A stretch of DNA of 60,237 nt, from the IMG/VR virus record IMGVR_UViG_3300032048_000003, positions 1-60,237 of that record; one strand, written 5' to 3'. Both the position numbers and the translations under genes were made by a program. Positions 47,868 through 58,260 of the stretch are shown here, piece by piece. The stretch comes from a virus (taxonomy: Duplodnaviria > Caudoviricetes). Position 1 is the stretch's first letter. Each line of letters begins with the position of its first letter. The notes beneath the pieces are model-generated. The model saw nothing but the letters and a program-made list of their open reading frames with translations. It ran no database searches and was not told the DNA's origin.

Positions 47868-49255
47868 TCTCATTTACGCAATTGCGGGAAGGTTCGTTAA
47901 AAACCGCTGTATTTACATTTGGTCGATTCAATCCCCCTACGATTGGACATGAAGTTTTAGTTAATAAAATTGAAACTGTGGCTAAACGAAATCGAGCCGA
48001 CGCTTTTGTTTTTTTAAGTTCCTCTCAAGATTCGAAAAAAAATCCATTGGATTATAAAGATAAAGTTAAATGGATGAAGAAAATGTTTAAGCCTAGAGGC
48101 CAAGATATTTTCAAATATTCCAAAGATCAACCCAATGATGTTATGAGAGTCGCTTCACTATTGCATGATGATGGATATGAACAAATCATTATGGTTGCTG
48201 GAAGTGATAGGATAAATGAATTTAAAAAGCTTTTGTCTCAATACAATGGTGTTAAGGATAAACCACATGGCTTTTATGATTTTAAAAAAATAGATATAGA
48301 AAGCGCAGGGGAAAGAGACCCTGATGCAGATGATGCGTCGGGTATGTCAGCATCTAATTTAAGATCTCTTGCAGTTGATGCTGATTTTGATAAGTTTAAA
48401 GAAGGGTTGCCTGATTCATTAGCTGAAAGAGATAAACGTTTGTTATATCAAACTTTACGAAAAAATATGAAATTAGCAGTTGTTGAAGCGCAAATAAAAG
48501 AAAAGTTAGGTCCTGGTGCGCCAATTGGGAAAATGAAAAATTCAATAAAGGATCCCAAAAAAGCAGAAACTGATTTTATTAATGCAAATAAACCAAAGAC
48601 AAAAAAACAGCACAGTACAAATATAGATGACATTCTTGCAAAAGCGGCCGCGGGAAAAAGTCCCTTAGAAAAAAGTGCTCCAAAAGAATCTATAATGATG
48701 GACAAGGTCACTTTTGAAAATAAGGAATATTGGGTTGATGATATCACTAAAGATATATTTGAATATTTAAAAGAGTTCGCAACTACTAAAACAACAAAAG
48801 AATATTATAAGCGCGCTTTAAAAGAAGCAGCGGATTTTTGGGGAAGATTTGAAATGGCTTTTGGAGCACCAATAGCTTTATGGGAAGTATCTAAATTAAA
48901 AGAACATACGAAAAAAGCAGCTGATTTTATTACCCTATTAGGTGAAGATGTTAATTATGATGTAGCAAATCTTTCATATATGTACGAAAGAATAGATGAA
49001 TTACCTACTAATGAAATTGATATTAGTAAGCCAGTACGCCCAAAATTGCAGAAAATACTCGGATTAAAGGAATGGCACAAGGATAGAGCTAAAGAAGGTA
49101 AACAGTTAGAATTAGGAACAGATAAATATAGACAATATGTTGTCGATTTAACTCCCGGAGAGGATTTTAAATCAGAACAAGACAAAATTAGGAAACAACA
49201 AATGGAAAGATTCGATAAGATGATTTCCAAAATTATTGCCAACAGGAGCAAATAA
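47864..49255 (+). CDS. cytidylyltransferase-like (HxGH-superfamily) protein
   Basis: FTFGRFNPPTIGH, KNPL, AGSDR, SAGERDPD, GMSAS. Confidence 0.85.
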   Translation: MISFTQLREGSLKTAVFTFGRFNPPTIGHEVLVNKIETVAKRNRADAFVFLSSSQDSKKNPLDYKDKVKWMKKMFKPRGQDIFKYSKDQPNDVMRVASLLHDDGYEQIIMVAGSDRINEFKKLLSQYNGVKDKPHGFYDFKKIDIESAGERDPDADDASGMSASNLRSLAVDADFDKFKEGLPDSLAERDKRLLYQTLRKNMKLAVVEAQIKEKLGPGAPIGKMKNSIKDPKKAETDFINANKPKTKKQHSTNIDDILAKAAAGKSPLEKSAPKESIMMDKVTFENKEYWVDDITKDIFEYLKEFATTKTTKEYYKRALKEAADFWGRFEMAFGAPIALWEVSKLKEHTKKAADFITLLGEDVNYDVANLSYMYERIDELPTNEIDISKPVRPKLQKILGLKEWHKDRAKEGKQLELGTDKYRQYVVDLTPGEDFKSEQDKIRKQQMERFDKMISKIIANRSK

Positions 49256-51264
49256 TGGATTGGTCAAAATATTATCCCGCTAATTATACGGCGATAACAC
49301 CCGAAGATATTGAGATGATAAAGGAGTTAAAGAGAACACCTCCTGTTGAAGAAGACAATACTAATGATAAGTCAGATGATGGAGAAGAAATAGATAAGGT
49401 CCAACCTAAAGCATTAAAGAAAAAGTTTGATGATCGTAAAGATAAAGATATCGACAATGATGGCGATACAGATGATTCTGATGAAGTTATTCACGCTAAA
49501 AGAAAAGCTATTAGTAAAGCTATTGATAAAAAAGAAGAGGTTGAAGACGTAGATGAAATGTCTAAGGATGAATATAAAGATGATAATATGAAGAAGCAAC
49601 AGAAGAAGAAGAAAAAGAAAGGTGATCCAGAAGAGGTTGAGTATTCCAAGAAACAGGATACAGTTACAAATATGGAATCAGTCTCTCATGGAAAACCAGG
49701 CGTAATTGATATCTATAAAGAAACATTAGCGTTAGCAAAAGTAACAAGAGGTAGAGATAAATTGGCTCTTGAAGGTGCTGCAAAGTTAATAAAGCAACGT
49801 TCTTATGATAAGTTAGCACCTTACTTAGATAGTATGGAAGAAGAACCCCGGCAATCTATTTTAATGATCTTAATGAATGATCAAAAGATTGCTGATAAAG
49901 TCATGAAGAAAATGAACACAGAAAATTATCATGGCTGGTTAATGTCTGAAATGCATCAGAAGTATGATGGACTTACATGGACTGAAATTGGTGAACGTTT
50001 AATTAAAACACCAGAACGTAGATTAGTTGCGCTTGCATATGCAACTAAGATGGGAACAATAGATGCTCCTTCGCCTGAAGTACAAAGATTAGCAGATGAA
50101 TGTGAATTAGAGGATTTAGAAAAAGCAGCCGGCTCAATAATAGATGAAGATGATGAGCTAGATGAGGCAAAATCCGAAGGAGAAAAAATTGCAGATAAGA
50201 ATAAAGCTGATAATGCAAAAAAGGCTGCTGGGACAAATCAAGATAATCAATCAGATGCTAATACAGCTGATAAAGAACGTGAAACACAATCTAATGTAAA
50301 TGATAAAGAACAAGAAAAACGAATGGCACAATCAGAAAAAGAAAGAGCAGCAAAAAAGAAGCAACAAGCCACTGCACGTGCTAGAGAAGTAGATGATCCT
50401 TCAGTGAAAGTCGATACAAGAGATCGAACTATGCGTTCTAAACTGGTTGGTATAGCTCATGCCGCATTAGAAAATGCTGAAGAAGTGCCTGAAACAATTG
50501 ATGCAAGACGTAGAGTATTTAAAGAAAAACTAAAAAAACTTGCATATGAAAAGGCTAAAGCAATAGTTGCAAATCGTAGTAAAAAAGACTTAGAGCCTGA
50601 TTTTGCTCATACAGAAGAACCTGTTGATGAACTCTCAGTAAAGACATTAAACCGCGCAGCCGGTGCAGCAAAGAAGGATGCCGAAGTACACAGAGCCACA
50701 CAAGCTCACGCGAAGATGGTGAAAGACAAGTATGGCCTCAAAAGTACTGTGGGTAAAGGAGAGAAGTCCGGGGAGTGGGCAGCAAAGAGAGATAAACAAG
50801 CCGGAAAATTCAGGGCGGCAGCCGATCAGAAAGAAGCAAAAAAAGAAAAAGAAGAAGATACTGATAGTATCGGATCTAAAATTAAAGAAACAGGAAAAGT
50901 TGATAACAAAGTAAAAATGGAGCCAACGGTGAAAGAAAGCGCAGGAGTTTCTTTTGTACGTAAATACAAAGAGAAAATAACAGAAGAATCTAAAGACATA
51001 AAACTTACAACGTCAATATTGGAATATTTGGGCAGTTCTTTTGGTCGTGTAAAAAGGGCAGTACCGGTTGGTGCTGAATTTGCTTCTGATGACGCGCCCG
51101 CTTCCGCGACTTCAATTGCACGAGCATTGAAGTGTAGTCCACAGCAAGTACAAAAAATGTTGGACGATATGGTAGAAGCAGGAACAGTTAGTCGTGTCGG
51201 AGATGCATATTCATATGCCGCACCTAGACCAGCAGAACCTTTAGGAAATGCTGATTATCATTAA
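49255..51264 (+). CDS. large charged protein, putative virion component
   Basis: DKDIDNDGDTDDSD motif, IDARRRVFKE motif, possible C-terminal winged helix. Confidence 0.55.
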   Translation: MDWSKYYPANYTAITPEDIEMIKELKRTPPVEEDNTNDKSDDGEEIDKVQPKALKKKFDDRKDKDIDNDGDTDDSDEVIHAKRKAISKAIDKKEEVEDVDEMSKDEYKDDNMKKQQKKKKKKGDPEEVEYSKKQDTVTNMESVSHGKPGVIDIYKETLALAKVTRGRDKLALEGAAKLIKQRSYDKLAPYLDSMEEEPRQSILMILMNDQKIADKVMKKMNTENYHGWLMSEMHQKYDGLTWTEIGERLIKTPERRLVALAYATKMGTIDAPSPEVQRLADECELEDLEKAAGSIIDEDDELDEAKSEGEKIADKNKADNAKKAAGTNQDNQSDANTADKERETQSNVNDKEQEKRMAQSEKERAAKKKQQATARAREVDDPSVKVDTRDRTMRSKLVGIAHAALENAEEVPETIDARRRVFKEKLKKLAYEKAKAIVANRSKKDLEPDFAHTEEPVDELSVKTLNRAAGAAKKDAEVHRATQAHAKMVKDKYGLKSTVGKGEKSGEWAAKRDKQAGKFRAAADQKEAKKEKEEDTDSIGSKIKETGKVDNKVKMEPTVKESAGVSFVRKYKEKITEESKDIKLTTSILEYLGSSFGRVKRAVPVGAEFASDDAPASATSIARALKCSPQQVQKMLDDMVEAGTVSRVGDAYSYAAPRPAEPLGNADYH

Positions 51265-51269
51265 AAAAT

Positions 51270-52013
51270 ATGTATATAGTGATTGGGAATGGTGAAAGTC
51301 GTAAAGATTTTGACCTTAGTTTATTATTAGATCATACAACATATGGTTGTAATGCGATGTATAGAGATTGGACACCAACCAATCTTATATGTATTGATAA
51401 TAAAATGTTACATGAGTTGGTAGAATCGCAATATCCTAAATCAAATCAATGTTGGTTTAGAAATTTTCAGTTACTGGATCCTGATATGTATCCAGTTTTC
51501 AGGTCAACATTGACACCTGATATAAAAGTAATAGAGAATGAGAAAACAGATTATAAATTCGCCTATTACGGACAAGAGATTAGTAGAGTTTTTCATGATG
51601 ATACCCATACAATGGATTTACTAGCAAATCCTTGTCATTGGTTTACATGGGTAGATAAGCATGATAAAATAAATGTGGTAGATGATTTAAAACATATACC
51701 TATGTTAGATTCCGGACCACTTGCAACTTGGATATGTTGTGAGACAGAAAAACCAGATAAAGTTTATTTAATGGGGTTCGATTTTAACATAAATGACGGA
51801 AAAGTAAACAATATATATAAAGATACTGATTGTTATGCTCCTAGTTATGCATTGCCAGTGAAAGCGGCAGGGTGGATTCAAAATTTTGAAACAATGTTTA
51901 CTGATTATTTTCCTGAAGTTGACTTTATACATATTCAGGAAGAACAATGTTTTAATAAAGATATTTCTAATATAGATACTATATCTATAAATGAGTTTAA
52001 AAAGTTGTTATAA
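51270..52013 (+). CDS. conserved T4-like protein with a Rossmann-like transferase motif
   Basis: IGNGESR, YGCNA.YRD, VYLMGFD, NNIYKDT. Confidence 0.6.
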   Translation: MYIVIGNGESRKDFDLSLLLDHTTYGCNAMYRDWTPTNLICIDNKMLHELVESQYPKSNQCWFRNFQLLDPDMYPVFRSTLTPDIKVIENEKTDYKFAYYGQEISRVFHDDTHTMDLLANPCHWFTWVDKHDKINVVDDLKHIPMLDSGPLATWICCETEKPDKVYLMGFDFNINDGKVNNIYKDTDCYAPSYALPVKAAGWIQNFETMFTDYFPEVDFIHIQEEQCFNKDISNIDTISINEFKKLL

Positions 52014-52016
52014 ATA
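52009..52016 (+). promoter_or_regulatory. T4-type late promoter
   Basis: TATAAATA before AAGGAG and the 52040 start. Confidence 0.7.
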
Positions 52017-52039
52017 TTAAAAATTAATAAGGAGACATA

Positions 52040-52609
52040 ATGCCTTTATGGGGAAAAGCCGCTGCTGGTACGCAAGCACAAAAACCAAAGTGGATAGGTA
52101 CTACAGAAGGTGCAGTATACAATAAACAAGACATCTATGGCGCTGACAATGGCTGGGTCATCAATACTAAAGCCAGTAAGAATTCTGGCGCGGCCCCTGA
52201 AATTTTAGTTGCTATGGGCGGTCTTGGTACAACACTTGCCGCACCATCTATTACATCAATGAGATTTACTGCGTCAGCAATCACAGGTGGATCTCGAACA
52301 GTATCTGTTCAGGTCACTTGGGATGAAAGAGTTACAGTTACTGGATCGCCTACAGTTTCCATTGCTAATGGTAACCAAGGATCCGGATCAGGTCGAGGAC
52401 CACACGTTTGTGTTTATGCTTCAGGTTCCGGAACGAATAGACTTACATTCACCAAAGCATCTGAAACAGTTGCAACAAGCGATGTTCTTACATTAGGTGG
52501 AGCTAACGTTTTACTTGCTGGTGGAACAATTAAAGATACAACCGATGGATCAACTGTAGCATTGTTAGTTCTTTCAGGATTAACTGCAGTTACATTGACA
52601 GTAACTTAA
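52040..52609 (+). CDS. virion structural protein (Ig-like)
   Basis: MPLWG N-terminus, G/T/S-rich beta content, YASGSGTNRLTF. Confidence 0.65.
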   Translation: MPLWGKAAAGTQAQKPKWIGTTEGAVYNKQDIYGADNGWVINTKASKNSGAAPEILVAMGGLGTTLAAPSITSMRFTASAITGGSRTVSVQVTWDERVTVTGSPTVSIANGNQGSGSGRGPHVCVYASGSGTNRLTFTKASETVATSDVLTLGGANVLLAGGTIKDTTDGSTVALLVLSGLTAVTLTVT

Positions 52610-52623
52610 TTTAATTAAATATT

Positions 52624-52848
52624 ATGGAATATATTGAAAATGTTAATGTTGCTCAAATAATGCAACAACAGCAAAATTATAAAACTGAGAAGGATGCACT
52701 TGAATTGCGTCTTTCTCAGTTACAGAATGAAGTTGAGAGTACTAAACGAGGTATACATAGTTATGACGGTGCAATACAAGCATGTAGTGCATTATTACAA
52801 ACCGCTGAATCTAAAGAGGTAGAGATCCCTGAATTGGAAGAAAAGTAA
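52624..52848 (+). CDS. small coiled-coil protein
   Basis: YDGAIQAC motif; related to 54538. Confidence 0.55.
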   Translation: MEYIENVNVAQIMQQQQNYKTEKDALELRLSQLQNEVESTKRGIHSYDGAIQACSALLQTAESKEVEIPELEEK

Positions 52849-53691
52849 ATGGCAGATAAAACAATTCCCGCTTTAAATACACATGATAGTCCTACAGCGG
52901 AAGATTTATTAATTATCGTTGATGACCCTTCTGGAAATCCTGTAAATAAGAAAATTCGTGTAGATAATTTATTATCAGCACTTTCTACAGATACGACAAC
53001 TAGAAGTGTTTCAAATAAAATTCAATCGCGAGCGGATACGAATATTGCAAGGGATCTAAATTTACGAAATGCTAAGACCGTTTTACAGCCTGAAAAAATA
53101 AAAGGTGAGGTAGATGATTTAACAGTTGTTTTAGGAACTTTAGATTTAGAAGAAAATTCGTGTTGGCACGTTGAAATTGATGGTACTTCCGTAACTGCTA
53201 ATGATACTTTTAAATGGTGGAGAGACGGCGATACTTCAACTGGAGCAGCAACTGTTGATATTGATGGAACTGATCAAGCGCTTGCTAATGGTATCAGCAT
53301 TAAATTTGATACAGTTACCGGACATAAGGTAGCCGATCGATGGCAAATTGTTGGTTTAATAGAATCAAGAATTGATTTTCAAGGTAGCCTATTAATAGAA
53401 GATAGTGTTCCGGATAATGGTTCTTTTACCAGTAACTTTTCTGAAACTGGTAATATGCAATTAGAATCTGGAATAGATATGGCATTTGAAGATGGTACAG
53501 AAAAAGATATGTACATATCTGCAAATACTACTGTTATTAGATTTGTTGGTGGCTTACAAATAGGAACCGCAACTGATATAGTTGGATTTTATGGAAAAGC
53601 TCCCGTCGCAGCTAATTCTACTTTTGTTGCCGGTGCATCAACCGCTGCACATATTATAACAGAATTGACACGTTTAGGATTGGTATCCTAA
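52849..53691 (+). CDS. virion structural/fibre-like protein
   Basis: MADKTIPAL..EDLLIIVDDPSGNPVNKK N-terminal module. Confidence 0.6.
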   Translation: MADKTIPALNTHDSPTAEDLLIIVDDPSGNPVNKKIRVDNLLSALSTDTTTRSVSNKIQSRADTNIARDLNLRNAKTVLQPEKIKGEVDDLTVVLGTLDLEENSCWHVEIDGTSVTANDTFKWWRDGDTSTGAATVDIDGTDQALANGISIKFDTVTGHKVADRWQIVGLIESRIDFQGSLLIEDSVPDNGSFTSNFSETGNMQLESGIDMAFEDGTEKDMYISANTTVIRFVGGLQIGTATDIVGFYGKAPVAANSTFVAGASTAAHIITELTRLGLVS

Positions 53692-53790
53692 ATATTTGGA
53701 TGTCTGAGAAAGACCCTTCGCAAGAGCGATTCTCAGCATGATTTTAACTGGTGGTGAGTCCCACCGCAAAAGCCAGCAAGGAGATAAGAG

Positions 53791-54516
53791 ATGGCTGATA
53801 AGAAAATTACCGCTTTAACGCCCGCGTCAGAAGCGGCGTCAGAAGATTTACTACATGTAATTGATGATCCTTCCGGATCCCCGGTTAATAAAAAGTTAAC
53901 CGTTAAATCATTTTTCGGAAATGTAACACATACAATTACCGGAACTACACAAGCAACAACAGAGATGATTCATAAAACTCTGCATACTGCTAATATAGCA
54001 CCTTCCTCATCGGATATTTTTGATAGCATTGTTACTTCAGATATTACTGTTGATGTTAAAGCAACAGGATTGGCCCAAGGTAATGTTGCAACATTAACTG
54101 CATCTGCAGCTACAGCAAAGATCCATGATGGAAATGTTGCTTTCACTTCAGAGGTATCAGCTGTTAAAGGTATCTTAGATCTTAATACATGGGATAGTGC
54201 TGATTCTTCAGCTGGTTCATCCTATTGTATTATTGCAGCTCATGCAAACAGTGCAGCTGCTCCAAGTGCTTCACCCACAGCATTTTTAAAAATGGATGTA
54301 GCGGCTTCTTTAACAGGAGCTTCACAAAATGTTTCGTTTGCTATGGATTGTGCACCCGGAGGTGGTTACGGTGCCGCAGCCGGCGCGAACGTTGGTCCTT
54401 TCTTTACAACTGGGGCTAATACATCTGGTTCTTATACCGCGCCTGCAAATGGTGCTATTAAGTGCCAAGTTTCAGGTGTAACTAAGTATTTGTTAATGTG
54501 GGATAATATTGGTTAA
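53791..54516 (+). CDS. virion structural/fibre-like protein
   Basis: [28 protein letters not shown]-terminal module. Confidence 0.65.
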   Translation: MADKKITALTPASEAASEDLLHVIDDPSGSPVNKKLTVKSFFGNVTHTITGTTQATTEMIHKTLHTANIAPSSSDIFDSIVTSDITVDVKATGLAQGNVATLTASAATAKIHDGNVAFTSEVSAVKGILDLNTWDSADSSAGSSYCIIAAHANSAAAPSASPTAFLKMDVAASLTGASQNVSFAMDCAPGGGYGAAAGANVGPFFTTGANTSGSYTAPANGAIKCQVSGVTKYLLMWDNIG

Positions 54517-54537
54517 TATTTAATAAAATGGATAATT

Positions 54538-54828
54538 ATGTTTAAACGTGAAGACATTGAAAAGCAAATAGGGTTTTTAGACAAAGATGTTACAAGCGTA
54601 CAGGAAAGAATAGAAGCAGTGAGGGCAGAAGAAACACAACTTGTGTCCACACTCGCTTCTCTTAACGGCGCTATACAAGTATCTAACCACTATTTGTCTA
54701 TGATGGATAATCAGCCTGAGAAAGTTGAAGAAGATAAAATGGTTGATAAAGCATTTGAAGAGAAGAAAAAGAAGGTCGAAGCAAAACGCCTTGTGAAAGA
54801 CCAAAAGATCGACGCGAATGAATTTTGA
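54538..54828 (+). CDS. small coiled-coil protein
   Basis: LNGAIQVS motif. Confidence 0.55.
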   Translation: MFKREDIEKQIGFLDKDVTSVQERIEAVRAEETQLVSTLASLNGAIQVSNHYLSMMDNQPEKVEEDKMVDKAFEEKKKKVEAKRLVKDQKIDANEF

Positions 54829-55210
54829 TGATATTAATGAAAATAATATCGAATTTTTTTGTATGAATCATTATAATAATCCTCAATGTATAAGTACAGA
54901 GGATTATAGCGATGACATGAAACGATTTAAATATTTAAAAAGACATTTAAATCATTATTTGGCATGCGGCGAGTTAAAAGAAAGATTGATTCTTAACCAT
55001 TTAATTATGATATATAATTTATTTGATAATGAATCTGGAACGCGAATATTATTTTATAAAATTGAAGAAAATAGTTGGACAGTATTAAAACCTTTTTTAA
55101 TTTATTTAAGAAGGATGCCCAAAATTATTCGCGGTGTCAAGGGTAGAGATATCCGAGATAGTGATATACAATTAGATAAACTTGTAATAAAGCAATTAAG
55201 ATGCCTATAG
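54818..55210 (+). CDS. conserved T4-like hypothetical protein
   Basis: YNNPQC, RFKYLKR, RLILNH. Confidence 0.7.
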   Translation: MNFDDINENNIEFFCMNHYNNPQCISTEDYSDDMKRFKYLKRHLNHYLACGELKERLILNHLIMIYNLFDNESGTRILFYKIEENSWTVLKPFLIYLRRMPKIIRGVKGRDIRDSDIQLDKLVIKQLRCL

Positions 55211-55974
55211 GATTAAGATCAGTATTAACGCAAGGTTCAGATTTATTCTTTCTATTTTCCTTTTTAAAACGATTAGTAACACCTTTTGAAAAAACAAAAG
55301 CGTTTGCATTAGGCATTATTGATAAGAATGGTAAAAATCTTATTAAGAAAAGAAAATTTACTACTCAAGATCAACGCGATGCTTATACAATGATGGATAC
55401 ACTTATTTTCAATTTAAAAAGATTGTTAGCTGTCGTACCAGGAGGAAAATCAAGAATAGCAACTTATGCTGCAGCACTGTTATTGCTTAAAGAAGAAAAA
55501 GCGTTAAAATTACTTCAAAATGAAAAGTTATTGAAAGAAGAATTTTTAATTCTTTATGAAGACATGTGTTATGAATGGCAATTAGATATGAATGATCCTG
55601 ATCAGATGTTTTTAATTGAAGAAACAATTGATGAAAATTTAGTAGCAAAATTTAAAGATGTTCATAGAAACATGTCTAATAAAAAAGCAATGCATGCAAT
55701 TGCAACTGCCCAAACAATGGGATTAGATCCTCTCAAAATGCAAATGTATTTGGCAGCAATCATACCAGTAATAACAACTTTAGGTTCAAATTATGAACCC
55801 GAAGAAAAAGTAATTGAAGATGCGCCCGCAATGTCAATGGGTGCAGGTGGAATCGCAGGTTCTGCCGAAGCAGGCGATGATCCACCTGTTAGAAAAAAGA
55901 AGAAAAAAGGTGATGCTATGCCGATTCTAGCTAGAAAAGGCATTAAAGAACATCTAAGAGTTTTCCCATCTTAA
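55201..55974 (+). CDS. conserved T4-like protein upstream of primase
   Basis: FLKRLVTPF..TKAFALGIIDKNG, FNLKRL. Confidence 0.65.
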   Translation: MPIGLRSVLTQGSDLFFLFSFLKRLVTPFEKTKAFALGIIDKNGKNLIKKRKFTTQDQRDAYTMMDTLIFNLKRLLAVVPGGKSRIATYAAALLLLKEEKALKLLQNEKLLKEEFLILYEDMCYEWQLDMNDPDQMFLIEETIDENLVAKFKDVHRNMSNKKAMHAIATAQTMGLDPLKMQMYLAAIIPVITTLGSNYEPEEKVIEDAPAMSMGAGGIAGSAEAGDDPPVRKKKKKGDAMPILARKGIKEHLRVFPS

Positions 55975-56006
55975 AATTATATTAGAATTAGATTAGAAAG
56001 GTAATT

Positions 56007-56336
56007 ATGGCAGGAATACAAGAGACAAAAGACGTTTTAGCTTTTGTGTTTTCATTTGGAAAAGCAACGGCTTCGGCAATGGAAGACGGTGATATTGGTT
56101 GGTCAGATGCTCTCAAATTTATAGAACCATTACAAAAGTTGGGGCCAGCTATTGATAATATTGAAGACATTTTAGTTGAACTCCAAGACCTAGACGATGA
56201 AGAATTCGCAGAATTGGTGCAATTTGCCAAGGACGAATTTGGATTAGAAGACCTGGCTGATGATACCGAAGTAATGGTAGAAGAAGCGATTAATGCGGGG
56301 GTTGAAATCGTTAAGATCATACGAATGTTCAAGTAA
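56007..56336 (+). CDS. acidic hypothetical protein
   Basis: GIQETKDVL, DGDIG..D. Confidence 0.6.
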   Translation: MAGIQETKDVLAFVFSFGKATASAMEDGDIGWSDALKFIEPLQKLGPAIDNIEDILVELQDLDDEEFAELVQFAKDEFGLEDLADDTEVMVEEAINAGVEIVKIIRMFK

Positions 56337-56350
56337 AGAACATCCTTGGC

Positions 56351-56380
56351 AAAAGGGAATCATTGAGATTCCCTTTTTTT
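56351..56380 (+). terminator. intrinsic terminator
   Basis: AAAAGGGAATC-ATTGA-GATTCCCTTTTTTT. Confidence 0.85.
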
Positions 56381-56384
56381 ATCC

Positions 56385-56413
56385 TTGAAATTAATTTTTT
56401 ATTATGTTATAAT
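56385..56413 (+). promoter_or_regulatory. sigma70-type promoter for primase
   Basis: TTGAAA-17 bp-TATAAT with TG extension. Confidence 0.65.
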
Positions 56414-56449
56414 ATAATTTTATATTAAATTCCCCAATTATTGAGAGAT

Positions 56450-57457
56450 ATGAGTCTTTACATAGATCATAAGTATACTAATTTATTATCCTCCCGCCTT
56501 CAACGTTTTACAAGAAAATCTAGAGATCTTTATAATTTCAGATGTCCATTATGTGGAGATTCATCTAAGAATCTATTCAAAGCAAGGGGATATCTTTTTA
56601 ATAAGAAACAAAATTTAATTTTCAAGTGTCATAATTGTGGTTCTGGTGGCCCCTTAAAAGTTTTAATAGATAAACTTGATCCTGTTTTATCAAAGCAATA
56701 TACTTTTGAAAAGTGGAGAGAAAAGGAGGGTGATGATACACATCCAGATAAAGAAGAAAAAGTACCTGTCTTTAGAAAACCTGTATTTACAAAAGTAGGG
56801 TGTCCTAAGTTAATAGAATTAGGAGCAAATCATCCTGCTGTAAAGTTTTGTGATTTAAGAAAAATACCTAAAGTTCGGTATAGTGATATGTACTTTGCGG
56901 ATTGTTTTAAAAGTTGGGTAAGTAAATATGATGTTGAACTTGCTGCGCGATTAAGACCACATGACCCCAGAATTATTATCCCGTTTTTTAATAAAGAAAA
57001 AAAATTAATTGCAGCACAAGGAAGAAGTTTAGAGGATTCAACTCTAAGGTATTTTACTGTTAAGATTGATAAGGATGCAAGTAAAATATTTGGATTAGAT
57101 AGAAATGATCCAACTCAAAGGACTTACATTGTTGAAGGCCCTATTGATAGTATGTTTCTCCCTAACGCTCTGGCTATGGCCGGTAGTGATATAGATGACA
57201 CTACTCAATTTTACGCTCGCGATGTTGTTTTTGTTTATGATAACGAACGACGAAATAAAGAAATTGTGGCTAAGATGGAGAAAGCCATGAAAAAAGGATT
57301 TGCAGTTTGTATATGGCCGGATGCAATTAAAGTTAAAGATATTAACGATATGGTGCTGATTGGAATGGACATTTTGCAGATTGAAGAGACGATAAATACT
57401 AACACCTTTCGTGGCTTACCTGCACGGGTAAAATTAAATCAATGGAAAAGGACATGA
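56450..57457 (+). CDS. gp61: DNA primase gp61
   Basis: RCPLCGDS..CHNC zinc finger, EGPIDS, YDNE, KDINDM. Confidence 0.95.
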   Translation: MSLYIDHKYTNLLSSRLQRFTRKSRDLYNFRCPLCGDSSKNLFKARGYLFNKKQNLIFKCHNCGSGGPLKVLIDKLDPVLSKQYTFEKWREKEGDDTHPDKEEKVPVFRKPVFTKVGCPKLIELGANHPAVKFCDLRKIPKVRYSDMYFADCFKSWVSKYDVELAARLRPHDPRIIIPFFNKEKKLIAAQGRSLEDSTLRYFTVKIDKDASKIFGLDRNDPTQRTYIVEGPIDSMFLPNALAMAGSDIDDTTQFYARDVVFVYDNERRNKEIVAKMEKAMKKGFAVCIWPDAIKVKDINDMVLIGMDILQIEETINTNTFRGLPARVKLNQWKRT

Positions 57458-58260
57458 CAGAAGAAGTGAAAGTCCATGAATTTGGATTTGTTAAATTATT
57501 AGATGTTATGGGTGATGATGAAGAAGTTGAGAACGCAGCGCGAATTAGTTATGGTGTTGGCACTCGGAAGGCTAGTCAAACAAGAAATCTCATTCGGTAT
57601 TTAATGAGGCATAAACACACATCACCTTTTGAGATGTGTGAAGTTAAGTTTCATATTAAGTTACCAATTTTTGTGATGAGACAAATAGTTCGGCATCGGA
57701 CGGCGAACTTAAATGAGTATTCAGGACGATACTCAATTATGAGCAATGATTTTTACGTACCACATGATAATGATATTCAAAAGCAATCAAAACAGAATAA
57801 CCAAGGTAGGGGCGAAGATCTTGAAAAAAAAGGACTGGTTAAATATGAATTTAATCGCCAATATGATAATGCTTCCTGGGCCTACAAAAATTTACTAGAT
57901 CTGGATTTAGCTCGAGAATTAGCACGCTCAGTACTGCCTGTTGGCAATTATACAGAAGTTATTTGGAAAACAGATTTACATAATTTTTTTGGATTTTGTA
58001 AATTGAGAATGGACAAACACGCACAGAAAGAAGTTAGAGATTATGCATCAGTGATGTATAATCTAGTGAAACCCAAATTTCCCCTTTGTTGTGACGCGTT
58101 TGAAGATTATATTTTAAATGCAGTTTCTTTTTCTCAAAAAGAAATGCGTATAATTAAAGACAATTTAAATGGTAGTTGGGTAATGGCAAAGTACGGGTTA
58201 TCAGAGCGCGAATCAACGGAATTTTTACAAAAGCTCAAACCAGAAGGGAAAGAAGAATGA
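57454..58260 (+). CDS. thyX: flavin-dependent thymidylate synthase
   Basis: AARISY, HTSPFE, RHRTANLNEYSGRY, ELARSVLP. Confidence 0.95.
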   Translation: MTEEVKVHEFGFVKLLDVMGDDEEVENAARISYGVGTRKASQTRNLIRYLMRHKHTSPFEMCEVKFHIKLPIFVMRQIVRHRTANLNEYSGRYSIMSNDFYVPHDNDIQKQSKQNNQGRGEDLEKKGLVKYEFNRQYDNASWAYKNLLDLDLARELARSVLPVGNYTEVIWKTDLHNFFGFCKLRMDKHAQKEVRDYASVMYNLVKPKFPLCCDAFEDYILNAVSFSQKEMRIIKDNLNGSWVMAKYGLSERESTEFLQKLKPEGKEE

